This document shows positions 29,014 to 37,814 of a DNA stretch of 64,000 nucleotides, piece by piece. The translations under genes and the position numbers were made by a program. Numbering within the stretch: position 1 is the first letter of the stretch; each line of letters opens with the position of its first letter. The stretch covers positions 133,939-197,938 of the forward strand of contig DAOUAE010000002.1 in assembly GCA_034433795.1 (NCBI GenBank), read 5' to 3'. The notes under the pieces were generated by a model that worked only from the letters and a program-made list of their open reading frames with translations, searched no databases and was not told the origin of the DNA. Source of the DNA: Chloroflexota bacterium (GTDB lineage: Bacteria; Chloroflexota; UBA6077; FW602-bin22; DAOUAE01).

Positions 29014-29726
29014 CCGGTCCCGTCCCCGAGGCCGTCCAGCAGATGTTCACCCGGATCGTCGGCCGCTACGACCTGATGAACAGACTGATGACCGCCGGCC
29101 GCGACCGGGTCTGGCGGGCGCGGGCGGCCGCGCTGGTGGCCGGCGGCCGCCGGGTGCTCGACCTGGGGTGCGGCACCGGCGACCTGAGTCTGGCGGTGGC
29201 CGCGGCCGGGGTGCCCACGGTGGTGGGCATCGACTTCGCGCCGGCGATGGTCCGGGTGGCTGAGGCCAAGCGCCGCCGACATCCCATGGGAGAACAGGTC
29301 CGCTTCCTGGTGGCCGACGCCCTGGCGCTCCCCTTCGCCGACGAGACCTTTGACGGGGTGGTCAACGCCTTCGTGCTGCGGAACCTGGCCGACCTGGACC
29401 AGGGGCTGGTCGAGGCCCGGCGGGTTCTGCGCCCTGGCGGGCGGCTGGTCTGCCTGGAGATCACCCATCCCCCGGCCTGGCTGGCCCCGCTCTTCTGGCT
29501 CTACTTCGGGCAGGTGGTCCCGCTGCTGGGCGGGATCGTGGCCGGCGACCGGGGGGCCTACGCCTATCTTCCGGCCTCGCTCCGGCGCTTCCCACCAGCC
29601 CCAGACCTGGCCCGGCGCCTGGAGCGGCTGGGTTTTACGAACGTCCGCTACGAGCGGCTGGGCCTGGGGACGGTGGCCCTCCACTTGGCCGAGCGCCCTC
29701 CCCATGAGCCCCGCCACGGCCGGTGA
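29010..29726 (+). CDS. ubiE: demethylmenaquinone/ubiquinone C-methyltransferase (UbiE/MenG)
   Basis: MFTRIVGRYDLMNRLMTAGRDRVWR is the UbiE N-terminal signature. SAM motif VLDLGCGTGD. GTGA overlap with the permease gene. Confidence 0.92.
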   Translation: MTGPVPEAVQQMFTRIVGRYDLMNRLMTAGRDRVWRARAAALVAGGRRVLDLGCGTGDLSLAVAAAGVPTVVGIDFAPAMVRVAEAKRRRHPMGEQVRFLVADALALPFADETFDGVVNAFVLRNLADLDQGLVEARRVLRPGGRLVCLEITHPPAWLAPLFWLYFGQVVPLLGGIVAGDRGAYAYLPASLRRFPPAPDLARRLERLGFTNVRYERLGLGTVALHLAERPPHEPRHGR

Positions 29727-29748
29727 GGCCACGGCGAGGGGCCTCACC
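29722..29748 (+). terminator. GC-rich hairpin at the end of the menaquinone operon (terminator-like, no U-tract)
   Basis: GGTGAGGCC-(9 nt)-GGCCTCACC, a perfect 9-bp stem spanning the ubiE stop codon, followed by a second short hairpin CCGGACGG..CCGTCCGG. Confidence 0.35.
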
Positions 29749-29835
29749 CGGACGGACCCGTCCGGCTTCGGCCAGCGTCCCCGCGCGCCGGCGGGCACTC
29801 AGGCGCCCTTCGACCGGTCGAGCAGGCCCACGCTG

Positions 29836-29844
29836 TGCTATCAT
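29836..29844 (+). promoter_or_regulatory. extended -10 element TGCTATCAT; probable leaderless start of the glycan cluster
   Basis: TGCTATCAT at 29836-29844. ATG 29853 lies 8 nt downstream with no SD sequence, which is leaderless mRNA geometry. Confidence 0.45.
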
Positions 29845-29852
29845 GCTGGCCG

Positions 29853-32252
29853 ATGAGCAGTCTCACCGTCCTCCCCCACCCTCGCCTCTCGCGCCGGCGG
29901 GCCGCTCGGTGGGCAGCGGCGATCGCCCTTCTGGGCGGCCTCCTCCTGCTCCTGGTCCGCTCGCCGCTCCGCGACGCCCTGGCGACAGACATGGTGGGCC
30001 TGGCCCAGACCGAGGCCGGCCAGACCTTCGAACTGGCCGGGCCAGCCACCCTGCGCCAGGAGTTCCGCCTGCCCCGCCCCGGCCTCCAGCGCCTGGACCT
30101 GGCGGTGACGAACCCCGACTACCGGGCGACCCAGCCGCTGGTCCTCCGCCTCACCCCGCTGGACGCCCCCGACCGGCCGCTCCAGCTCACCCTCCGTCCG
30201 TTTGAGGTCCCGGCGCGGGGGCTGCTGACTGTGCGGTTCCCGTCGTCGACGGGGCGGCGGTTCGCGCTCGATCTGGCCGCCCCCGGCGCCGCCCCGGGAA
30301 GCGGCTACCAGGTCACCCTGGGACCGGGAGCGGCGGTGGACGGCGGCCGGCTGCTGGTCAACGGCCGCGAGCAGGCGGGCAGCCTGACATTCCTGGCCTT
30401 CTACCGGCTCAGTCTGGGGGACATCCTGGCCGAGCTGCGGGCGGCCTTCTCGGTCCGCTGGCTTGGGCTCGGCCTGGGGCTGCTCCTGCCCGGTCTGGGG
30501 CTGGCGCTGGCGGCCGGCCAGCCGCTCCGGCCGGCGCTTCTCCTGGCGCCGGTTCTCAGCCTGGCCCTGGTGCCGCCGGTGCTCACCTGGGCCGCCGTCC
30601 TCGGCCTGGCGCCGGGGCCGCTCACATTGCCGCTGCTGCTGGTTCTGGGGGGAGGCGGGCTGCTCCTGGCCTGGCGGCGGCGTCCAGCTCAGACCGACTT
30701 CCTGCCGGCCGGCGAGGTCGCCCTGGCGCTCATTCTCACGCTCCTGGCCGGCGGGGCGAAGCTCCTGGCCGTGCGCGACTTCGATCTGCCGTTCTGGGGC
30801 GACGGCTACCAGCACACCTTCCTGACCCGTCTGGTGATGGAGCGGGGAGCCCTGCCGGATTCCTGGGAGCCCGACCTGCCGCTCGCCACCATGACCTACC
30901 ACGCCGGCTTTCACCTGATGGCCGCCGTCGTCGGCTGGGGGCTGGGGCTGGCTCCTCCCCAGGCGGTCCTCGTCACCGGTCAGCTGCTCAACGCCCTCGC
31001 CCTGCCCGCCGCCTACCTCGCCACCCGCTGGCTGACCGGAAGCGGGACCGCCGGCCTGCTGGCCGGCGTCCTGACCGGCCTGCTGCTGCCCATGCCCTCA
31101 TATTATGTCAATTGGGGCCGCTACACCCAGCTGGCCGGGCAGGTGCTGATGGTGGCGGCCTGGCCGCTGGTAGCCGGAGCGCTCGAGGATCGCCAGCCGG
31201 GGGCGCGGGGCCGCTGGTTTTTGGCCACGCTCCTGCTGGCCGCGGTGATGCTCACCCACGTCCGGGTCACCTATCTCCTCGGCCTCTGGACCGGCCTGGT
31301 CGTCCTTCTCTTTTTCCTCACCGCGTCCGGCTGGCCCGCCCGACGCGCGCTTCTCTGGCGGGCGGCCCTGCTCCTCGGCGGCAGCCTGGCCCTGAGCGCC
31401 CCGTGGTGGTGGCGCCTCTGGCACCACCGGCAGCAGTTCGCCAACGAACGTCCCCCGGCCGCCGACTGGGTCGCCGCCTACACCGCCTTCGGCGACTACG
31501 GGTTCGTCGTCGGCTGGGTCTGGCTGGGTCTGGCCCTGGGGGGGCTGCTTCTCGCCCTCCGGCACCGTCAGTCTCGCCTGCTCCTGCTCCCGGTCTGGCT
31601 GGCCGGTCTGTACGCCACCGCCAACACCACCGCCCTGGGACTGCCCTGGACACCTCTGCTCAATAATTTTGCGGTCGAGATCGCTCTGTACATTCCGGTG
31701 AGCGCGCTGGCCGCCTACGCCCTCGACCGGGCGGCCGGCCGGTGGCCAGGCCCGGCGCGCCAGCGGATCGCGGCCGGACTCGCCCTCCTGGCCGGGCTGC
31801 TGGCCCTGGCCGGTCAACTGGCGGTGCGCGACGACCGCTACCGGCTGGTCTACCCGGCGGACCTTCAGGCCTTCGCCTGGGTCCGGGAGAACACCCCGCC
31901 GACCGCCCGCTTTCTGGTCAACAGTCTGCCGGCGCTGGGCGATCTGGCGGCGGCGGGCACCGACGCCGGCTGGTGGCTGCCGCTGACCACCGGGCGCTCC
32001 ACCACCCTGCCTCCGCTGCTCTACGTCAGCGAGCGCACCCCGCCGGGCTACCGCGACCTGATTCTCTGGCTGGCCCACCTGCCGCCCGAGGCGCTCGGCC
32101 AGCCGGAGATCCGGGCCCGTCTGCGCGCCCTCGGCATCACCCATGCGTACCTGGGCGTCAAGGGGGGACCGCTCCGGCCGGACCAGCTGCTCCGGGCCGG
32201 CGGCCGACCGCTCTACGCCCGCGAGGGGGTGTGGATCTTTGCCCTGGACTGA
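29853..32252 (+). CDS. large polytopic membrane protein, GT-C-like putative glycosyltransferase with N-terminal ectodomain
   Basis: N-terminal TM anchor, a ~135-aa beta-rich ectodomain (30009-30410), more than 12 TM helices and a C-terminal soluble ~150 aa. The overall layout resembles ArnT/PMT/DUF2142-type GT-C enzymes. No profile search was done. Confidence 0.65.
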   Translation: MSSLTVLPHPRLSRRRAARWAAAIALLGGLLLLLVRSPLRDALATDMVGLAQTEAGQTFELAGPATLRQEFRLPRPGLQRLDLAVTNPDYRATQPLVLRLTPLDAPDRPLQLTLRPFEVPARGLLTVRFPSSTGRRFALDLAAPGAAPGSGYQVTLGPGAAVDGGRLLVNGREQAGSLTFLAFYRLSLGDILAELRAAFSVRWLGLGLGLLLPGLGLALAAGQPLRPALLLAPVLSLALVPPVLTWAAVLGLAPGPLTLPLLLVLGGGGLLLAWRRRPAQTDFLPAGEVALALILTLLAGGAKLLAVRDFDLPFWGDGYQHTFLTRLVMERGALPDSWEPDLPLATMTYHAGFHLMAAVVGWGLGLAPPQAVLVTGQLLNALALPAAYLATRWLTGSGTAGLLAGVLTGLLLPMPSYYVNWGRYTQLAGQVLMVAAWPLVAGALEDRQPGARGRWFLATLLLAAVMLTHVRVTYLLGLWTGLVVLLFFLTASGWPARRALLWRAALLLGGSLALSAPWWWRLWHHRQQFANERPPAADWVAAYTAFGDYGFVVGWVWLGLALGGLLLALRHRQSRLLLLPVWLAGLYATANTTALGLPWTPLLNNFAVEIALYIPVSALAAYALDRAAGRWPGPARQRIAAGLALLAGLLALAGQLAVRDDRYRLVYPADLQAFAWVRENTPPTARFLVNSLPALGDLAAAGTDAGWWLPLTTGRSTTLPPLLYVSERTPPGYRDLILWLAHLPPEALGQPEIRARLRALGITHAYLGVKGGPLRPDQLLRAGGRPLYAREGVWIFALD

Positions 32253-33636
32253 GAGGCTCACCCGGCGCTCACTGCTGACCGCCGGCGCGGGCTTCCTGGC
32301 CGGCCTGACCGGCGGCTACGCCCTGGGCCGGTGGGGTCCCGGCCTGCCGGACTGGCCGGGGAGGCCGTCCCCGTCCTCCGGTCCGACCGCGCCCACCGCG
32401 CTGCCCCTGGGCGTTGAGATCGTCGACATCGACCCGATCACCGGTCTGGACCTGGCCCGGCAGATCGGGGTGACCTGGGTTCGCCTGCTCCTGGGCTGGC
32501 AGGACCTCGAGCCGCAGCCCGGCGTCTTTCAGTGGGAGGCGGCCGACCGGCTCCTCACGGCGGCGCTGGAGCGGGAGCTGCGGCCGCTCGTCGTTCTGAC
32601 CGGCGTTCCGCCCTGGGCGGGGCCCGAGCCCGGCGGACCGCTTGATGAGGCTGGACAGGAGGCATTCGCCAGATTGCTCGCCGCGGCGGCCCGTCGGTAC
32701 GGCCCACGCGGGGTGAAACACTGGGAGCTTTTCAACGAGCCGGACAACGGTGACTTCGAGCGACGGTGGCTCGGGGGCAGTTGGGGCCGGGCGCCGGAGG
32801 CCTACGCCGCGCTGCTCCGCCGGGTCTATCCGGCCCTCAAAGCGGCCGACCCGACCGCCCACCTGGTCATGGGCGGCCTGGCCCTCGACTGGTTCACCGA
32901 CGACGACCTGCACCCTCATCGACCCGGCCCCTTTGTCCGCGACTTCCTCGACCGCGTCCTGGCCGCCGGGGGTGGCGCCTTCTTCGATATCGCCAACTTT
33001 CACTATTACCCCAACTTTCGCCCCCGCTGGGAACCCCACGGCCGTGATATCATGGGCAAGGCCGCCTTTCTGCGGCGCACGCTGGCGGCCTACGGGGTGA
33101 GCAAGCCGGTGCTGTGCACCGAGATCGGCGCCTGGGTCGACCCCGACCGGGGCGGCAGTCCGGACTGGCAGGCGACCTATGCTGTCCAGGCGATGGTCCG
33201 GGGGATGGCCGCCGACCTTCAGGCGGTCATCTGGTTCAACTTGGTCGATCTCACCATGCCCGGCATGGCCCGGTACGGTCTGGTGACCCGCGAGGGCATC
33301 CCCCGCCCGGCCTTTCGGGCGCTCCAGGTCCTGCGCCAGCGCCTGGACCAGGCGGTGTTCGTCCGCCCCCTCACCCCCGGCGATCTGGGCACCGAGGGGG
33401 TCGAGGGCTACCTCTTCTACGCGCCGCTGAGCGGCACCCAGATCCAGGTGATCTGGGCCACGGCGCCGGTGGCCGACCTTCCCCCTTTCCGACCGCACCT
33501 GCCCAACGTCCAGCGCACCGTCCGCCTCCCCCAGCCCCCGGCCCGCCTGCTGGACCGCGACGGCCAGCCCCGACCGCCAGCCGCGTCCCTGACGGTCGGC
33601 CCCCAGCCGCTGTATCTCGAGTACGAGGGGTACTGA
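32239..33636 (+). CDS. Tat-exported clan GH-A (GH5-like) glycoside hydrolase
   Basis: Twin-arginine signal TRRSLLTAGAGFLAGL. Acid/base motif HWELFNEPDN, FHYYPN, and nucleophile motif VLCTEIGAW. The start is uncertain: TTG 32239 is preferred, because ATG 32143 would overlap the upstream gene by 110 nt. Confidence 0.75.
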   Translation: MPWTERLTRRSLLTAGAGFLAGLTGGYALGRWGPGLPDWPGRPSPSSGPTAPTALPLGVEIVDIDPITGLDLARQIGVTWVRLLLGWQDLEPQPGVFQWEAADRLLTAALERELRPLVVLTGVPPWAGPEPGGPLDEAGQEAFARLLAAAARRYGPRGVKHWELFNEPDNGDFERRWLGGSWGRAPEAYAALLRRVYPALKAADPTAHLVMGGLALDWFTDDDLHPHRPGPFVRDFLDRVLAAGGGAFFDIANFHYYPNFRPRWEPHGRDIMGKAAFLRRTLAAYGVSKPVLCTEIGAWVDPDRGGSPDWQATYAVQAMVRGMAADLQAVIWFNLVDLTMPGMARYGLVTREGIPRPAFRALQVLRQRLDQAVFVRPLTPGDLGTEGVEGYLFYAPLSGTQIQVIWATAPVADLPPFRPHLPNVQRTVRLPQPPARLLDRDGQPRPPAASLTVGPQPLYLEYEGY

Positions 33637-35081
33637 TGGTCCGGCCACTGGGCTCACCCACCGCCAGCGCCATCCACCGCCCCTCCGGTTCGACCTCCGA
33701 GAGCCCGCGCCTCCTCCTGGGGCTGCTCCTCGGCCTGGTCGCCCTGCGCGGCCTCCTCTGGAGCCTGCTCGTGCCGCCCTGGCAGGGGCCCGACGAGCCC
33801 AAGCACCTCGAGTACGTGCTGCTGCTCCGGCTCAAAGGGCGGCCCATCGGTCTCGAGGACGCCTCACCCCCTCTGCAACGGTCCATCATCGCCTCGATGG
33901 AGGCGTTCGAGTTCTGGTGGCACCTCCGCCGTCCGGCGCCGGTGCCGCTGCCCGCGGACTTCGGCCAGCTCTGGCCCAGCGCGCCCACCCTCCTGATGCG
34001 CCAGCCGCTCTACTACATCCTCAGCCTGCCGGTCGCCTGGCTAACATCCGACCAACCGCTCGTCAGTCAGCTCTTTCTCCTCCGGCTGGTGAGCGTCGCC
34101 CTGAACGTCCTCGTGATCTACTGCCTCTTCCGCGCCCTGCGGGCGCTCTTCCCGGCCGAGCCGGCGCTGGCGCTGGCCGGCGCCGGCCTGGTCGCGTTTC
34201 TGCCCCAGCCGACGTTCATCGCCAGCACCTACAACAGCGACAACCTGGCCACGCTCGTGGGCAGCGCGCTCTTCTGGACGGCCGCCGTGGTCCTGCGCCA
34301 TGGCTGGCGCGGATCGACGGTCGGCGCTCTGGGCCTGCTCACCCTCACCGGTCTGCTGACCAAGCGCTCACTCTATCCCCTCCTCCTGGCCAGCTGGCTG
34401 CTCCTGCTGGTTCTGGGGCGCTGGAGCCGGGCCCGGCTGGCGGCCGTCCTGGCCGGGGGCGGGGCCGCGCTGGTTCTGGGGGCTGCGACGGCCGTGGCTC
34501 TCCACCGCCTGGGGGCCGGCGGCCGCCAGCCGCTGACCGACTGGTTCCTGCGGAGCTATCTCCTCGACCTCGACGCCGCCTCCCAGCAGCTCTCCCAGCT
34601 GCTCCGCCCGACCGTCTTCGGCCCGGTCCTGCGGGAGCAGGCCGACTACTGGCTGGTCCAGCAGTTCAAGAGTTTCTGGGCCTCCTGGGGCTGGGTGGCC
34701 CATCCCCTGCCCGACCCGTGGTACGGGGCGCTGGCCGGACTAACTGCGGCCGGCCTGGCCAGCGCCATCCTGGCCCTCGGCTGGCCCGGGCGGTCTCCCC
34801 TGGACCCGGTCCAGCGGCGGGGCATCCTTATGGCCCTCGGGCTGCTGGGGGCCAATCTGGGCGCCGCCTGGCTCTTCTACACCACCTACAGCGCGGCGGC
34901 TTTCCCGCAGGGACGCTATCTCTTCCCGGCGCTGGGGCCGTTCGTCCTGCTGCTGCTGGTGGGGATTCGCCGCTGGAGCGGCCCGTTCCGCCCGGCCCTG
35001 GGCGCCGGCGTGATTGTGGCCGGTCTGCTCTTCGACACGGCCTGTCTGGTTGGGTCCCTCCTGCCCAGTTTCTACTTCTGA
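33636..35081 (+). CDS. DUF2142-like polytopic membrane protein (GT-C-like)
   Basis: ATG 33636 overlaps the previous stop (TGATG). After TM1 comes the PDEPKH motif (PPWQGPDEPKHLEYV) characteristic of DUF2142 proteins, followed by ~10 more TM helices. Confidence 0.7.
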   Translation: MVRPLGSPTASAIHRPSGSTSESPRLLLGLLLGLVALRGLLWSLLVPPWQGPDEPKHLEYVLLLRLKGRPIGLEDASPPLQRSIIASMEAFEFWWHLRRPAPVPLPADFGQLWPSAPTLLMRQPLYYILSLPVAWLTSDQPLVSQLFLLRLVSVALNVLVIYCLFRALRALFPAEPALALAGAGLVAFLPQPTFIASTYNSDNLATLVGSALFWTAAVVLRHGWRGSTVGALGLLTLTGLLTKRSLYPLLLASWLLLLVLGRWSRARLAAVLAGGGAALVLGAATAVALHRLGAGGRQPLTDWFLRSYLLDLDAASQQLSQLLRPTVFGPVLREQADYWLVQQFKSFWASWGWVAHPLPDPWYGALAGLTAAGLASAILALGWPGRSPLDPVQRRGILMALGLLGANLGAAWLFYTTYSAAAFPQGRYLFPALGPFVLLLLVGIRRWSGPFRPALGAGVIVAGLLFDTACLVGSLLPSFYF

Positions 35082-35090
35082 AGGACGGCG

Positions 35091-35798
35091 ATGGCGCGAC
35101 TGACGGGACTGGCTGGTCTTCTGTTCCTGGCCCTGGTTCTGGCCGCCACCTGGCCGGTGGAGGTCTGGACCACCCTGCAGAGCCGGCCGGAGCAGCCGGT
35201 CGGCGAGATCACGCCCGACAACCGCGTCGCCCAGAGCTTCCAGGCTCGACTCTCCGGCCTCAGCGCGGTCGAACTCCACCTGGCCACCTACCGGCGGGTC
35301 AACGATGTCACCCTTCTCTGGCGCCTGCACCGCGACCGCCCCGACGGTCCCCTGGTCGCCGCCGGCCAGATCGCCGGCCGGACGGTCCAGGATAACGCCC
35401 CCTACCGCCTGACCTTTCCTCCTCAGCCCGACTCGACCGACCGGGTCTACTATCTCGTCCTGGAGTCGCCGGACGGCCGCCCCGGCCAGGCCCTCACCGC
35501 CTGGGCCTCCCGCCACGACTACTTCCCCCGCGGCCGCCTGTACCTCAACGGCGTCCCCGCCGCCGGCGACCTGATGCTGGCCCTCGGCTACCGAACACCC
35601 CCCCTCGCCATCCTGCCGACGCTGCTGGACCGGCTGGCGGCTGGCCGGCCCGGCCTCTGGGGTCAGCCGGCCCTCTACGCGGCCCTGCTCGCCGGCTACG
35701 CCCTCGCCCTGGGGCTTCTGGTGGCGGCGCTGCTGGCCTGGAGCCAGGACGGCCGGTCGGCCCCACCCTCCCGCGCGGAGAAGACCGATGTCGATTGA
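35091..35798 (+). CDS. bitopic membrane protein carrying an ectodomain paralogous to the N-terminus of the 29853-32252 product
   Basis: N-terminal and C-terminal TM helices flank a ~135-aa domain (35190-35594) that aligns by eye with 30009-30410 (Q.F....GL..L.L......L..RL...P.........F.......Y.L.L..P..........GRL.LNG...G.L.....YR). Confidence 0.65.
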   Translation: MARLTGLAGLLFLALVLAATWPVEVWTTLQSRPEQPVGEITPDNRVAQSFQARLSGLSAVELHLATYRRVNDVTLLWRLHRDRPDGPLVAAGQIAGRTVQDNAPYRLTFPPQPDSTDRVYYLVLESPDGRPGQALTAWASRHDYFPRGRLYLNGVPAAGDLMLALGYRTPPLAILPTLLDRLAAGRPGLWGQPALYAALLAGYALALGLLVAALLAWSQDGRSAPPSRAEKTDVD

Positions 35799-36831
35799 CC
35801 GCCCCCTGGCCACGGTCGTCATCGTGACCTGGAACGGCCGGGCCCTGCTGGAACAGACGCTCCCGGCCGTCCTGGCCCAGACCTACCGGCCCTTCGAGGT
35901 GCTGGTGGTCGACAACGGCTCGACCGATGGGACTGTTCCCTGGCTGCGCCGCCACTTCCCAACCGTGCGGCTGCTACGCCTCCCCGTCAACCGTGGCTTC
36001 GCCGGCGGCGCCAACCACGGCCTGGCCGCCGCCCGCGGATCGCTGGTCGCCACCCTGAACAACGACTGCTGGCCGGAGCCGACCTGGCTGGCCGCTCTGG
36101 TCGAGACTCTCCTGGCCACCCCCGGCGCGGCCATGTGCGCCAGTAAAATGCTCTTCGCCCACCAGCCCGACCGTCTCAACAGCACCGGCCTCGACCTCGA
36201 CGTCCTGGGCCTCGCCTGGGACCGCGATGGCGGCCGCCGTGACGGCGAGGAGGCTACGGCGCCGCCCTTCGGCCCCTGCGCCGGGGCGGCCCTCTACCGG
36301 CGGGAGGCGGTCCGGCAGGTCGGCGGCTTCGACAGCCGGTTCTTCTGCTACCTCGAGGACGTGGACCTGGCCTGGCGCCTGCGCCGGGCCGGCTGGACCT
36401 GCGCCTACGCCCCCCAGGCCCGCGTCTACCACCTGCACGCGGCGACCCTGGGCGACGACAGCCCGTGGAAACGCTACCTCCTCGGCCGGAACAAGCTCTG
36501 GCTGCTGGCCCAGAACTACCCACGGGGGCCGCTGCTCCGGCGGCTGCCGCTCATCCTGCTCTACGACCTCCTGGCCCTGGCCAGCTACGCCCTCTGGCCC
36601 GCGCCCGGGCGCCCGTGGCCGGCCCGCTGGGCCGCCCTGGCCGGCCGCCTGGCCGGCTGGTGGGGACTGCCGGCGGTCTGGCGCGGTCGCGAGCCTCTCC
36701 CGGCCGACCGGGAGGCCCTGCGGGCCCTGGCTCCCGCGGCCGCTCCGTGGGTGGTCGCCCGGCGTTTCGCCCATCTTCAGCATCTGCCGCGAGAAAGGAG
36801 GTGGCCGTGGCGTCCCGCGCCGTCCCGCTAG
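35788..36831 (+). CDS. glycosyltransferase family 2
   Basis: VVIVTWNGRALLEQTLPAVLAQTYRPFEVLVVDNGSTDGT, then the DxD-type ...NNDCWPE and ...CYLEDVDLAWR motifs typical of GT2 (rhamnosyl/galactosyl-transferase-like). Confidence 0.88.
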   Translation: MSIDRPLATVVIVTWNGRALLEQTLPAVLAQTYRPFEVLVVDNGSTDGTVPWLRRHFPTVRLLRLPVNRGFAGGANHGLAAARGSLVATLNNDCWPEPTWLAALVETLLATPGAAMCASKMLFAHQPDRLNSTGLDLDVLGLAWDRDGGRRDGEEATAPPFGPCAGAALYRREAVRQVGGFDSRFFCYLEDVDLAWRLRRAGWTCAYAPQARVYHLHAATLGDDSPWKRYLLGRNKLWLLAQNYPRGPLLRRLPLILLYDLLALASYALWPAPGRPWPARWAALAGRLAGWWGLPAVWRGREPLPADREALRALAPAAAPWVVARRFAHLQHLPRERRWPWRPAPSR

Positions 36832-37814
36832 TCCGAACCGGAGGGGGGATCGCGCTGGCGCTCCTCTGCACGGTGCTGGCCGTCCACGACGTCGATCTGG
36901 CCAGTGTCTCCGCCCACTGGAGCCAGGTCCAGCCTCTGCCGCTGGCCCTGGCGGCCGGGATGGTTCTGGTCTCGATCCTGGCCAAGGCCGGCCGCTGGCA
37001 GGTCCTCTGCGCCCCCCACGCCCGCCCGCCGCTCGTCACCCTCACGGCGGGCATCCTGGTGGGACAGACGGTCAACAACCTGGTCCCGGTCCGTCTGGGG
37101 GAGATCGTCCGCGTCTACCTCGTCGGCGAACGCCTTCGCCTGAGCCGCAGCCTGCTTCTCGGGACGGTCCTGGTCGAGAAGGCGCTGGACGCCCTGACGC
37201 TGGCTCTGCTCCTGACCGTTCTGCTGCCGCTGGTCGCCCTGCCGGCGTGGCTGCCGTGGCCCCGGGTCGGCGCCGCCATTCTGGGAGCCGGACTGATCGG
37301 CCTCGTCCTGGCCAGTCTGCCCCAGATCGGGGTCTGGCTCGAGCGGTGGCCGTGGGTTCACCGCTGGGACCTGGCCCGTCGGGGTCGGGAGATGGCCAGC
37401 GCTCTCCGGGCTCTGGGCGCACCCCGGCGGGCCGCCCTGGCCGGCGGGTGGTCGCTGGTGGCGATAGGGGCCGGCCTGTTGACCAACTACGGACTCCTCC
37501 TGGCGCTGGACCTCCCGGCCAGCCTGCTCGCGGCCGCCGTTCTCCTGATCGTCCTCTACGTCGGCGGGACGGTTCCGGCCACGGTCGGTCGTCTGGGCGT
37601 CTTCCATTACCTGGTCGTCCTGACCCTGGGAGGCTTCGGCCTGCCCAAGGCCACGGCCCTGAGCTACGCCGTTCTCCTGCACGGGCTGGTCGTCGTCCTG
37701 CCGACCGTGGCCGGCCTGCTCTGCGCCTGGTACTGGGGGGTGCGGCCCGGCCTGGCCATCCGGCCGCCCGCGCCCCGGCCGGCGACCGATCCCCTGGAAA
37801 GGAGCCGGCCGTGA
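36807..37814 (+). CDS. flippase-like membrane protein (LPG-synthase-TM / UPF0104 family)
   Basis: About 8 TM helices. The N-terminal pattern (..LALLCTVLAVHDVDLASV...ILAKAGRWQVLC) resembles the MprF flippase-domain family. GTG 36807 lies 5-6 nt after AAAGGAGG. Confidence 0.65.
   Translation: MASRAVPLVRTGGGIALALLCTVLAVHDVDLASVSAHWSQVQPLPLALAAGMVLVSILAKAGRWQVLCAPHARPPLVTLTAGILVGQTVNNLVPVRLGEIVRVYLVGERLRLSRSLLLGTVLVEKALDALTLALLLTVLLPLVALPAWLPWPRVGAAILGAGLIGLVLASLPQIGVWLERWPWVHRWDLARRGREMASALRALGAPRRAALAGGWSLVAIGAGLLTNYGLLLALDLPASLLAAAVLLIVLYVGGTVPATVGRLGVFHYLVVLTLGGFGLPKATALSYAVLLHGLVVVLPTVAGLLCAWYWGVRPGLAIRPPAPRPATDPLERSRP

Noticed and set aside
36227-37810. Upstream 528 codons of the 864-aa ORF that ends as the second GT2
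   Set aside because: It overlaps the first GT2 and the flippase-like gene in other frames and encodes Arg/Pro/Gly-rich sequence. GT2 homology starts at GTG 37811.
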